This document shows, piece after piece, positions 1 through 8,968 of a stretch of 64,000 nt of DNA. The position numbers were made by a program, and so were the translations under genes. Within the stretch, counting starts at the first letter, position 1. The number at the start of each line of letters is the position of its first letter. Source of the stretch: Candidatus Curtissbacteria bacterium (GTDB taxonomy: Bacteria > Patescibacteriota > Microgenomatia > Curtissbacterales > GWA2-41-24); assembly GCA_030647775.1 (NCBI GenBank), contig JAUSJC010000010.1, forward strand, positions 6,208 to 70,207. The letters run 5' to 3'. A model generated the notes under the pieces. It was not told the DNA's origin. It ran no database searches and saw only the letters and a program-made list of their open reading frames with translations.

Positions 1-409
1 TTAAAAGCAAACGGAGAAAATCCGCCTCCCTCTTTTTTTGTCTCGGCACATCATACATAACCACCCGCCATTTCCCATCCCAACTCTCCTTAAGCTTCAT
101 CTCTCCAAGTCGAAAATTTAAGACTTTTTTCTTACCTTTTTCGGTAATTTTAACCACTGGACCTTCCGATGTTGATGCAATCTCTACCAACTTCTGTAGT
201 TTCATTCTTGCCAGAAGCGCTCTTAACCTCCATAAATTAAACTTCTTCCACTCCAAATCATCTTCTTCCCTTGACTTTAAGAAAGGTTTGGCAACAAGCG
301 GCAGGACTGGGAATACCAATGAGACGGCAAGAAACGTTCCTGCACCGAGTAAAATCAAAACCTCTTTCACTCTAGGATCTGCTCTTTTGGTCAAATCTGT
401 TTTTTTCAC
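1..409 (-). CDS. Hypothetical protein, C-terminal part truncated by the window edge (reading frame open to position 1). Has an N-terminal hydrophobic segment and a C-terminal 'WDGKWRVVMYDVPRQKKREADFLRLL' motif resembling PaaX-family / Cas2-like folds. Not in the supplied ORF track.
   Basis: Manual reverse-complement translation of 1-478 gives an uninterrupted ~158-codon frame bounded upstream by a stop at 476-478. The only ATG is internal, so candidate starts are GTG 409 or GTG 421. Confidence 0.4.
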   Translation of the reverse strand, partial: MKKTDLTKRADPRVKEVLILLGAGTFLAVSLVFPVLPLVAKPFLKSREEDDLEWKKFNLWRLRALLARMKLQKLVEIASTSEGPVVKITEKGKKKVLNFRLGEMKLKESWDGKWRVVMYDVPRQKKREADFLRLLL

Positions 410-752
410 TACATTAACCACCGAATAAACTACACACGGCCTAAAGGCCGTGGTATTTTGATATTCACTCCTCGCTTATAATAAAGAGTATCACAAATTC
501 CGCCATAGCGAAAATTGTGTTAAGGATATTTATTGATTAAGATCAGGATTCAAAATAGGAATAGAGTAAAAACTACAAAAATACGTCGGGCAAGGATTTT
601 TCTCATGGGAGATTAAGCTCTAGATATTATAACCGACGCAAAGCGTCGGGTATATCAGAGGAGCGCCTTTGGCAGGCGCGAAACGCTGGCAAGGCGACCT
701 GCTGATATAACAATTTAACAATTCATCTCCCCAATGCTACACTGAAATTGAG

Positions 753-1892
753 ATGCTCTTGAAAATTTTCCTGTCAGTAATTCTTGGTCTCTTAACTTTC
801 ACAACTGTAATTCCAAAACCGTCTCTTGCTGCAGAAAGCGATCAATGCTCCTTTGAGACAAATCCCCCGGCAGACACATGGAATTCTGAAATGGATTATA
901 AAAATATATCTATTAGAATTGGCGCCGCTTTAGCACCAAAGACTAAATATTACGTGGTATACCGAAAATACAATGACACGTTTAAAAATATACGCATTGG
1001 TGAAGGCATAGCTAACGATCAAGGAATCATTGATTCATCCGATCCATCATTTAAATCTAATTACGACAAGGGAGTTTTAAGAGACTACATGGTAGCTCCG
1101 GGAACGCACAGTATTGTCATATTTGAAGGCCCTGGTACTAATAGCAAAATAATCTGTAGCAAAACTTATAAAATTCCGTATTTTGAAACATTGAAATGCA
1201 CAATCGAGGCAAATAAAACAGATAAAAGTTATGGACCCGGCGAAAAGGTTAGTTTCAAGGGCAAATTTTCCATTGAGAAATGGGATAAAACACAAATATC
1301 TTACGCAAATAAGAACATTTCGGTTCAACTTTTAAATAAAAAAGGTGACAGAACAGGCGACTATTATGACAACAACATCACAACAGATAGTAATGGTAAT
1401 TTCGAAATAAGCGATTCGGATAAAATTAAAACTCCTGCAATCACCAATAATGATATTGGTTGGTGGAAACTTAAGGCTGACGAAAAAGATGATATAGGCA
1501 AAAATAGAAGCAAAGAGGCCTGTTATGCTGATATCTATGTCTCCAAAAACCCTAACGAGCCGGTTTCCGGTTCCCCTCCAACTGGTGACGGCGGCAAAAA
1601 CCCTTGTATTAGTGGAACATGCCAAACTGCTCTTGGCCCAATCAAAACAGACCCGGCCGAATTCATTAAAACAATTCTTGGGATTGCCATCGGCCTAGCC
1701 GGCGGTATTGCCTTAATCTTTATGGTCATTGGCGCAATCAGAGTATTAATCTCTTCCGGCGACCAGCAAAAACTGACCGGCGGTAAAGACATGATCGTCG
1801 CCGCTGTTTCCGGTCTTCTGTTTTTGATTCTTTCCGTCCTTATATTAAGATTTATTGGAACAGGCCTCCTAGGAGGAGTCCCGGGACTTTAA
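753..1892 (+). CDS. Secreted protein with a large N-terminal extracellular domain fused to a C-terminal VirB2/TrbC-like pilin module (two hydrophobic helices around an 'SSGDQQKLTGGKD' loop).
   Basis: N-terminal signal peptide (MLLKIFLSVILGLLTFTTVIPKPSLAAE). The C-terminal ~90 aa share the TM-loop-TM architecture and 'ISSGD' loop of the five downstream pilin paralogs. Confidence 0.6.
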   Translation: MLLKIFLSVILGLLTFTTVIPKPSLAAESDQCSFETNPPADTWNSEMDYKNISIRIGAALAPKTKYYVVYRKYNDTFKNIRIGEGIANDQGIIDSSDPSFKSNYDKGVLRDYMVAPGTHSIVIFEGPGTNSKIICSKTYKIPYFETLKCTIEANKTDKSYGPGEKVSFKGKFSIEKWDKTQISYANKNISVQLLNKKGDRTGDYYDNNITTDSNGNFEISDSDKIKTPAITNNDIGWWKLKADEKDDIGKNRSKEACYADIYVSKNPNEPVSGSPPTGDGGKNPCISGTCQTALGPIKTDPAEFIKTILGIAIGLAGGIALIFMVIGAIRVLISSGDQQKLTGGKDMIVAAVSGLLFLILSVLILRFIGTGLLGGVPGL

Positions 1893-1893
1893 T

Positions 1894-2247
1894 ATGATCA
1901 ATTTTCAGCTTATTCCAAACGTTTATGCCGCCTGCGAAAGCTTTTCGAAGTGTCTCGAAGGAATTACAGTGCCAGGCTTAAAACCAGAGTTCAAGTCCGA
2001 AGGTCTTGTCGGTCAGCTCATCAGCACAATTCTCCCCATTGCCCTTGGCATCGGCGGCATGCTGACGGTTGTTTTTATAATTATCTCCGGCATCCAGTTT
2101 ATAACTTCCGGCGGCGATCCCAAAGGCGCGGCGTCCGCCAAAGACAGGCTCGTTTACGCCGTTATCGGCTTTATCGTCCTAATACTTGCCTACGCCGCTT
2201 TGCAAATTATAAGTGGGGTATTTTTAGGCAAAATCGGTATAGTTTAA
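1894..2247 (+). CDS. VirB2/TrbC-like T4SS pilin (117 aa).
   Basis: Signal-like N-terminus followed by TM1, an 'ITSGGDPKGAASAKDR' loop and TM2. Tightly packed with neighbours (stop and start 1 nt apart). Confidence 0.6.
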   Translation: MINFQLIPNVYAACESFSKCLEGITVPGLKPEFKSEGLVGQLISTILPIALGIGGMLTVVFIIISGIQFITSGGDPKGAASAKDRLVYAVIGFIVLILAYAALQIISGVFLGKIGIV

Positions 2248-2248
2248 A

Positions 2249-2818
2249 ATGAAGAATTTAATATTTATTATTTTTGCCGCTTTTTTGTTATCACTGTTTT
2301 TACCTGCAAGTTCCTTTGCCGATCAATGTCCTGCCGGATACAAACCAGATGCAGTAGATCTAGAAGGCATAAACACTTCTGTCTGCTCAAAAGATATACC
2401 TCCACCTTGCGATCCGGCCAAAGGAGAAGAAGATTTTTCGTTTACCGGAAGGAACATTTGTGTCGTCTCAACTATTAGCGGCCCGCCTGCACCTGCACCA
2501 CCAGGTCAACCCACCCAAGGCTCAACCAACTCCTTTGATATAAAAACAATCTTCCAACCTGCTAATCTCTTTGGCGATTTCGGCAACCTTTTAAGTTCCA
2601 TCGTCTCAATCCTTATTAGTGCTTCCTTCATAATCACCATTTTCTTTATCATCACAGGCGGCATTAAAATCGTTACCGCTTCCGGCGATATGAAAAAAAT
2701 CCAGGCGGCCCAAGGGACAATCACCTATGCTATTATTGGTTTAGTCGTAACTGTACTGGCTTTTGTCATTTTACAAGTCGTCCAGTACTTTTTCGGCGCC
2801 AATGTCGGAATTCTTTAA
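2249..2818 (+). CDS. VirB2/TrbC-like pilin paralog with an extended Pro-rich N-terminal region (189 aa).
   Basis: Signal peptide. The C-terminal 'ITGGIKIVTASGDMKKIQAAQGTITYAIIGLVV' helix-loop-helix matches its neighbours. Confidence 0.55.
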   Translation: MKNLIFIIFAAFLLSLFLPASSFADQCPAGYKPDAVDLEGINTSVCSKDIPPPCDPAKGEEDFSFTGRNICVVSTISGPPAPAPPGQPTQGSTNSFDIKTIFQPANLFGDFGNLLSSIVSILISASFIITIFFIITGGIKIVTASGDMKKIQAAQGTITYAIIGLVVTVLAFVILQVVQYFFGANVGIL

Positions 2819-3226
2819 ATGAAAAAGTCCGCAATCATTTTTGTTTCACTTTTCACTTTGACTTTGACTCTCAAATCTCCCGCCTTTGCTCAACTCGGCA
2901 CAATCAAACCGCCGGCAGACTTTAAAATCCCAACAGCCGACGCCAATCCTTCCGTGTTTGTCGCTACACTTGTTAGAAACGGCATTACTCTTCTCCTTGT
3001 CGCTTCCTTTGTTATCGCCCTAATCTGGATAATTTTAAACGGCCTGCGTTTTATCCTTGCCCAGGGGGACGAAAAAACTGTCGCCTCTGCCTGGACCCAG
3101 ATTTACTGGACGCTAATTGGTATGGTAATTATCATGGGCTCTTTTGCTATAATCAAAATGGTTGAAACATTTTTTGGTGTGTCAGTGCTATCTGCAGACT
3201 TGAAATTGCCGCATTTACCGCAGTAA
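2819..3226 (+). CDS. VirB2/TrbC-like pilin paralog (135 aa).
   Basis: Signal peptide 'AFA'. 'ILNGLRFILAQGDEKTVASAWTQIYWTLIGMVII' TM-loop-TM. Confidence 0.55.
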   Translation: MKKSAIIFVSLFTLTLTLKSPAFAQLGTIKPPADFKIPTADANPSVFVATLVRNGITLLLVASFVIALIWIILNGLRFILAQGDEKTVASAWTQIYWTLIGMVIIMGSFAIIKMVETFFGVSVLSADLKLPHLPQ

Positions 3227-3238
3227 AGGGGGTGAGAT

Positions 3239-3697
3239 TTGATGATAAAAATAATTAAAAATACTATCCGCTATATGTCACCGGTATTATTACTGCTGAC
3301 GATTCCGGCAATCGTTATGGCTCAAGCTCCCGCAACACTTCCCGGCGGCAATACTACAACCATAACTCAAACAAGTGGATCTATTCCTATCCCGACAGCT
3401 TTATCACAAACAGGTGACATTACTGTCGTCATTGGCGGCATCATTAGGTTTATTCTTGTTACCGCCTTCGTCATTGCCTTTATCATGCTTTTGGTCGGTG
3501 GCATCCGCTGGATCCTGGCAGGAGGAGATGAAAAAGCTGTCGAAAAGGCCAGGAACACAATAACGGCCGCCCTAATTGGTTTGGTAGTTGTCCTTGTTGC
3601 TTTTGCTCTTATCAGGTTAGTAGAGCTGTTTTTTGGCGTAAATATCATTTCCGGCCTGACGGTTCCAAGAATCAGTCCATTGCAAACACCACTGTAG
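3239..3697 (+). CDS. VirB2/TrbC-like pilin paralog (152 aa).
   Basis: Strong RBS (AGGGGGTGA) upstream. 'LVGGIRWILAGGDEKAVEKARNTITAALIGLVVV' TM-loop-TM. Confidence 0.55.
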   Translation: MMIKIIKNTIRYMSPVLLLLTIPAIVMAQAPATLPGGNTTTITQTSGSIPIPTALSQTGDITVVIGGIIRFILVTAFVIAFIMLLVGGIRWILAGGDEKAVEKARNTITAALIGLVVVLVAFALIRLVELFFGVNIISGLTVPRISPLQTPL

Positions 3698-3701
3698 GCC
3701 T

Positions 3702-4049
3702 ATGCCGCTTTTTATACTGATAACACTTTTTGCAGTAGTTTTTGTTGCGCCGGTTTATGCCCAAACACCTGCACCGCCGGCCCAGATTTCGAATATTGTT
3801 AACGTCCTGGAAAATATCATCAAACTTTTAGCTCCCGCGGCCGGCATCGCCTTTTTTATCATGCTTCTTGTCGGCGGCTATAAATTTATCACTTCCGGCG
3901 GCGACCCAAAGGCGGTCGGCTCCGCCCGCTCCACTTTAACTTATGCCGTCATCGGCATCATTTTAGTCGTCGCCTCCTGGCTAATCCTCCAGTTAATTGC
4001 CACCTTCACCGGCGCCGACGTCACAACCGTTACAATTCCTACGAAATAA
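3702..4049 (+). CDS. VirB2/TrbC-like pilin paralog (115 aa).
   Basis: 'LVGGYKFITSGGDPKAVGSARSTLTYAVIGIILVV' is nearly identical in its loop to the 1894 paralog. Confidence 0.6.
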   Translation: MPLFILITLFAVVFVAPVYAQTPAPPAQISNIVNVLENIIKLLAPAAGIAFFIMLLVGGYKFITSGGDPKAVGSARSTLTYAVIGIILVVASWLILQLIATFTGADVTTVTIPTK

Positions 4050-4095
4050 TTATCGGATCTTGGTATACTGATACTAATCAGGTTTCAGTCTGCCG

Positions 4096-6969
4096 ATGAA
4101 AAAACTCGCCGCCGTTTTTCTATTAGTCATCTTCTTTGGCGCTTCGATTATTGCGACCCCTCTCCAGGCAGGCCATAATCTCCCGGGAAGCCCCTACAAA
4201 AATCCAGACCCGGTAAGGGCCCCATATGGTGACCCCCTGTTCACGACCCAACTTACCAAAGTAACTATGAAACCGATTGAGAAGAAGCTCGAGGGTTTTG
4301 GATCAAACGGTCGCTATTCGGAAGCACAACAAGTAACTCTTGCACATACTTTTGATATTCCTGTTAATTTCGCTGAAGTTTCCGCAATATTCGCCAAATC
4401 TAACTCTGATTATCTGGAAGGCAAATTCCAAGACCAGGATCACCAAAACCAAAATCTGGTCAATTCAAACTCACAAAAATTTAATGAATTCTTTGGCCCC
4501 AGCCAAAAGCTTATGCCAAAAATTATGACAGATGAACTCAAGGTTGAATATATCAACTATGTCAAAGATCACGAGAACCTTCCGGAATACAAAACTAAAA
4601 TTACCGATATCGAAGGCAAAAATTCCAAAACCGTTAGTGATCTGGTGTCCCAATTTGGGATACCAGATTCATCAAAAATCGGATCCGATACATGGGGAAA
4701 ATATTGGGCTAAAATTCCGACAGCTTTTTCTCAACCATATTCCGGGTTTATGGTATTTAGAGTTGTTGACGGTAATAAGGAAAATGACCAAATATTAAAA
4801 CAAGGCACTTGCCCTGATAACGAAAACAACGACAGTCGAATGATTGATTTTGTTCTTCCGGAATATTTCCGGACTGCGGCAACCGCCAACGAATTAAATA
4901 AAATAATTCTCCCGAAAGCAGCCCAATCCGCGCAAAAAAACTTTTTAAAGGAGGCCGTTTCCGGTGTTATTAATAACCTCTCGCCGTTCAAAGATTCCGC
5001 TATTTCTAAAACTTTAGAAAAATTCTTAAGAAGAAGCTTCAATAATCTGAACCCTGTCAAAATTGTTTATGCGCAGACATCGGAGGAAGAGTTACCCCCC
5101 GAACTCCCACCAGAACTCCTACCTTACCGGGAACAATGCCATGCGCCAACGGAATTTCAACTAAAAGATAACCCGGGTTCTGGCCCTTTTTACTCTCTCC
5201 CGGAATTATCGGTACTTATCCCTACCCACCCCCCGCAACTCAATCCCCTTGTTTTTACTAAGAGAAAAAATCCCCAGCGCACAAAAGACCCGGTAACCGG
5301 GGAGAGCTGCAACAATATAGATACTCCCCGCAAAATAGACAACGGTAAGTTTGTAAATTGTACTTTTAAAAAAATCTACGAAAGACAGCTTACAATCGCC
5401 ACGCCAGAGGACGCCCAAGCTCTCGGATGGGATTACTGCACAGAAGGTAAAGATTTGGACGGTAATCCAAGTGGTGTTTCTACATGCTACTTAACTGTAA
5501 GAGTTTACCCGATCTTTTACGTTCCATGGCTTTCGTCAATTTGGAACGATACGGTTTACTCGGACAAAAATGATCCGGCTATTATCTCCGGTGCCCAAGA
5601 AACCGGCCGGCCGGGAATCTTCGGTCTATTTACATCCCAAGGGACAGAAAACTTTATATTCCCGGATGGCAAAAATTTGCCTAGCTTAGAAGATGGCTCG
5701 CGCGATATTAAACAACGTTTTATCGGCGCGGTCGATTGCAACAAGGAATTTATCAAAAATTTTGCTCTGTTACCAAAAGCCCTGCAAGGAAATGGCACAA
5801 GCGGGTGCAATCTAAAAACAAGTAATCTGCCCGGAACCCCAGGCGCCTCGGGTACGCTTGATTTCTATGTTAAATATGGCGACACAAGCATTATTCCGAA
5901 AGACCCCGAAGCAATTAAAAAACTCGCCAACAGTTCGTGGCCGGACAACAACACCAACAGATGGGATTATGTTGTGGACAAATGCGCTTCAAATGGTATC
6001 AGCCCCGCTTTCTGCATCGCCATATGGTGGAAAGAAGGTGGTTTTGGCGGCCTGCTCCCGGGAGGAGGCCGCGCCAATAGCGAATTCGGCTGTTTCCCCG
6101 GCGGCAACACCAACCTTAAAGTCAACTTTGAAGATAGTCTAAACTGCTTTGTAAAATTTACCGCCCAGGAACACCCATACAATCCTCAAAACCCTTATGG
6201 CTCATTTTACGATTGGGTTAAATACTTTTGCGGGCCTTTTTCAAAAGGCTTGTGTACACATGACGATGACGTAAGTAAAGAACACCCAAATTTTCTGCCA
6301 GTTTTAGAAAGTGTTTATAATTCTGTTGCGCCCGGCCAAATTATTTTTGTTTCCAACCCCAACCCGGGCAATCCGGGAACCACTCCGGTTCCCATCGCCG
6401 ATGAACTCTTCAACTTCAAAACAGGTGATAAAGACTGGACCGCTCCGGAGAAAGCGGCAATGAGCCAGACCGCAGGGGTTGCGAATAAATCAGCTGTCTG
6501 GAAAACTCTTGTCTTTGCCGCGGGCAAAATCAATCTACGCAGAGGTACCACAGACCCCGAATGCCCGGATACCTGCTCTGGTTTAGCGCAAGATCCAAAC
6601 ACGCTTCTGATTCGCGACCCCTTCTTCGACCACCCGTCAAGAACTCTCTCCGGCCAAGTTTTTATTATGACTCACGAACTCGCCCATATAATTCAATACC
6701 GCAACCCGTCAATCCTCAATCAGTACAAAAGTAGTGAGGCTTACAAAGAGTTCGAAGATAAAGGCGTAATCAGAAGTTATTTCCTCTGTCCCAACGTAAA
6801 ACCCGGACACTTCTGTGCCAACGGGGTGACGGCGGAAAATGAGGACTATGGGGAAATGGCTGGAAATTATGTCGCGGATCGCGATAGCTATCTGGTGGAC
6901 TTCCCCACAGAGTACCCGCAACACTATAAATTCGCCCAAGATGTATTGTTTGGAGGAACAACATTTTAG
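4096..6969 (+). CDS. Large secreted multidomain protein (957 aa) with a C-terminal HEXXH zinc-metallopeptidase-like motif and a possible lysozyme/SLT-like motif.
   Basis: Signal peptide. 'VFIMTHELAHIIQY' (HEXXH) near the C-terminus. 'SPAFCIAIWWKEGGFGG' loosely resembles the SLT catalytic Glu region. Cys-rich. Confidence 0.6.
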   Translation: MKKLAAVFLLVIFFGASIIATPLQAGHNLPGSPYKNPDPVRAPYGDPLFTTQLTKVTMKPIEKKLEGFGSNGRYSEAQQVTLAHTFDIPVNFAEVSAIFAKSNSDYLEGKFQDQDHQNQNLVNSNSQKFNEFFGPSQKLMPKIMTDELKVEYINYVKDHENLPEYKTKITDIEGKNSKTVSDLVSQFGIPDSSKIGSDTWGKYWAKIPTAFSQPYSGFMVFRVVDGNKENDQILKQGTCPDNENNDSRMIDFVLPEYFRTAATANELNKIILPKAAQSAQKNFLKEAVSGVINNLSPFKDSAISKTLEKFLRRSFNNLNPVKIVYAQTSEEELPPELPPELLPYREQCHAPTEFQLKDNPGSGPFYSLPELSVLIPTHPPQLNPLVFTKRKNPQRTKDPVTGESCNNIDTPRKIDNGKFVNCTFKKIYERQLTIATPEDAQALGWDYCTEGKDLDGNPSGVSTCYLTVRVYPIFYVPWLSSIWNDTVYSDKNDPAIISGAQETGRPGIFGLFTSQGTENFIFPDGKNLPSLEDGSRDIKQRFIGAVDCNKEFIKNFALLPKALQGNGTSGCNLKTSNLPGTPGASGTLDFYVKYGDTSIIPKDPEAIKKLANSSWPDNNTNRWDYVVDKCASNGISPAFCIAIWWKEGGFGGLLPGGGRANSEFGCFPGGNTNLKVNFEDSLNCFVKFTAQEHPYNPQNPYGSFYDWVKYFCGPFSKGLCTHDDDVSKEHPNFLPVLESVYNSVAPGQIIFVSNPNPGNPGTTPVPIADELFNFKTGDKDWTAPEKAAMSQTAGVANKSAVWKTLVFAAGKINLRRGTTDPECPDTCSGLAQDPNTLLIRDPFFDHPSRTLSGQVFIMTHELAHIIQYRNPSILNQYKSSEAYKEFEDKGVIRSYFLCPNVKPGHFCANGVTAENEDYGEMAGNYVADRDSYLVDFPTEYPQHYKFAQDVLFGGTTF

Positions 6970-6972
6970 TTT

Positions 6973-7320
6973 ATGGACGAAACAAACCGCCTGCAAGAAT
7001 CCAGAAGAATCGCTCTCCCGCTTGCTATTGTCATTGGAATTATTCTTTTAATCTCAATGGTTATAATCTTCGGGGTCCTAAATAAGAAAAGCCCTCCGCC
7101 GGGCTCTCAAACCCGCGAAAAGGTTATTTTAAACCTGCCCCGTCTTACTGCCGACTATTCGATTGTCTACGGAGAAAGAACAGACCATATTTACATCAAC
7201 CTGATTAACGAACCGTACGACCAAAACTATCAAAAGGCCATCAAATGGCTAAAGGACCAGGGCGCGGATATTGAAGAGCTAAATATCCAGGTTACTCCCG
7301 AACAGGCCCTTGACAACTAA
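6973..7320 (+). CDS. Small bitopic membrane protein, hypothetical.
   Basis: Single N-terminal TM (LPLAIVIGIILLISMVIIFGVL). Start lies 4 nt after the preceding stop. Confidence 0.45.
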   Translation: MDETNRLQESRRIALPLAIVIGIILLISMVIIFGVLNKKSPPPGSQTREKVILNLPRLTADYSIVYGERTDHIYINLINEPYDQNYQKAIKWLKDQGADIEELNIQVTPEQALDN

Positions 7321-7360
7321 CGCGCCAATTTCACGGACTTATCCCTCAAAGCAAGTAGAC

Positions 7361-7450
7361 TGTCATCCTCAACTTGATTGAGGATCAGATTCTCGCAGTT
7401 TACCCTGAAATGGATTCCCGCTTTCGCGGGAATGACAATTGAAGGGCGAG
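7361..7450. repeat. Two adjacent hairpins of the 'GTCATYC-stem-loop-stem-GAATC' REP-like family (family C), in opposite orientations.
   Basis: 'gtcaTCCTCAActtgaTTGAGGAtcagattc' and 'gattcccgctttcgcgggaatgac'. The same frame-and-loop design (loop 'cttga') recurs at 28995. Confidence 0.45.
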
Positions 7451-7701
7451 AATGACACTTGTTGTGAAAGGATAAATACCGATTTCACCATCTTGCTCCC
7501 GGTATCTCCCAATGTTAATCTAAATCTACATTCTTAAGCTCCGAAGTCTGTGACTCGCCCTTCCGTAACTTTACGTGAAGGAGGGAATTCAGACACTGTA
7601 CCGCAACCGTCATAGTCGGGTCGAAGGCTTAAGAAGTAAAAATCAGTCCTCGTGTTAAGGACATGCTTTGGCAAACCTTCTCGAGGCGAGGAGGTTTTTT
7701 G

Positions 7702-8838
7702 ATGGCCGAGCGAACCGCAGTTTTAGATAGACATATACCACCATTCGAAGGATCGCCGATCCCCGAAGCACAGCTTGGCTATAACATCCGCTTTGACCGC
7801 CAGGATTATCAAACCCTCGCATCCCAAAGGCCATATCTTTCTCCCCAAGAATTCCAAAGACGCTCCGATCAGCTAGATCTTCGAACCACACACAACCTCC
7901 AAACAATGCTTGGCGAACGTTTCACCGTCGAAATTTCCAAAGTTGAGTATCATCTTATCTCGGGGCAGCTACAAAACCCAGACCACGACGAACCGTTTTT
8001 AGAAATTATCAAACGCGGCCAAAAATTCCGCCAAGAACATGGCTCAAAAGAAATACCCCGTGAAGCGGCGGAAGCCGAAGGTTTTGCTAAGGTTCAAGAA
8101 ATACTAAATACCAGATATACAGAGCCATGCGATCCTAAAGGGCCTAACCAGATACCAGATATTAAAGTCATCGTTGTCTCCCCGCGCGGCCCGAAAGGCT
8201 CAATTTACCAGCACAATTTTTATGACGTTTACTCCCGAAGTTATGATGGCGCAATTACTATGTCCCGCTATACGTCAAAACTTTCTTACGAAGAATTTTA
8301 TCAATCTGCCCGATCAATCGACCCATTATTGAACCTATCCCAAAACCCTACCGACGCCGAATTTTTGGCAAATCCGCTAATCACCTATCAGTCTTTGGAC
8401 CAAATCCAGAAAATCTTTTGCCCACAAGAAAAAGTGATGACGCAAAAAGAATATCAAATGCTGCTCGAAACGTGCGGGTTTTTATTTACAACCTACATAA
8501 ACTGTCTTATAAATGGCTCACCGTTGGCAGAAATCCAAAAAGTCTATAACACCCTATTAAACTTTGCGGATGTTTGGCCAAATACCGTACCAATGCAAAA
8601 CACGGATCAGATTATTTCTCATTACGGAATACTACCGGTTCGCGTTGTCGCCGCCGGCTGCGGTATTCAAAGCGGCTCGGACTCACAAAATTACTCTTCC
8701 TGGTCTGTCGCCGAATTTGGCAAATGGTTTACGTGTCCTAAATGCAACTACGAAGCAACGGGCCCTGTTGGCAATACTTGCCCTGGCTGTGGATTGACAA
8801 AAGAAGAATTTGCCAAAGAATCCCTCGTTTGCGCCTAA
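7702..8838 (+). CDS. Hypothetical protein with a C-terminal zinc ribbon (CPKCN...CPGCG).
   Basis: ATG at 7702 is preceded by GAGGAGG at optimal spacing; the track's upstream start at 7663 lacks an RBS. C-terminal CxxC-x17-CxxC. Confidence 0.55.
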   Translation: MAERTAVLDRHIPPFEGSPIPEAQLGYNIRFDRQDYQTLASQRPYLSPQEFQRRSDQLDLRTTHNLQTMLGERFTVEISKVEYHLISGQLQNPDHDEPFLEIIKRGQKFRQEHGSKEIPREAAEAEGFAKVQEILNTRYTEPCDPKGPNQIPDIKVIVVSPRGPKGSIYQHNFYDVYSRSYDGAITMSRYTSKLSYEEFYQSARSIDPLLNLSQNPTDAEFLANPLITYQSLDQIQKIFCPQEKVMTQKEYQMLLETCGFLFTTYINCLINGSPLAEIQKVYNTLLNFADVWPNTVPMQNTDQIISHYGILPVRVVAAGCGIQSGSDSQNYSSWSVAEFGKWFTCPKCNYEATGPVGNTCPGCGLTKEEFAKESLVCA

Positions 8839-8880
8839 TTTGACGCCAGCCAACTTTCCCCCTAATATGGAATTAGCTGT

Positions 8881-8962
8881 CGGGTTATTGGGCTGTTGGG
8901 ACATTAGGCTATTAGGAAGAGAGCACCTACCTAATCACCCACTAACCTAAAAACCTAATCGG
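8881..8962. repeat. Imperfect palindromic intergenic element, family A (TTGGG/TTAGG half then CCTAA half).
   Basis: 'ttattgggctgttgggacattaggctattagg ... cctaatcacccactaacctaaaaacctaatc'. Related copies at 14841, 15250, 27436 and 29630. Confidence 0.45.
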
Positions 8963-8968
8963 TCTGCA

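Noticed and set aside
1077-1792. Three minus-strand ORFs (83, 97 and 85 aa) inside the 753-1892 gene
   Set aside because: They lie entirely antisense to a well-supported secreted-protein CDS, have no RBS and low-complexity hydrophobic translations. Treated as shadow ORFs.
1950-2252. 100-aa Arg-rich ORF overlapping the first pilin gene in another frame
   Set aside because: It is an alternative frame of a GC-rich coding region. The pilin frame has signal peptide and TM logic and has paralogs; this frame has none.
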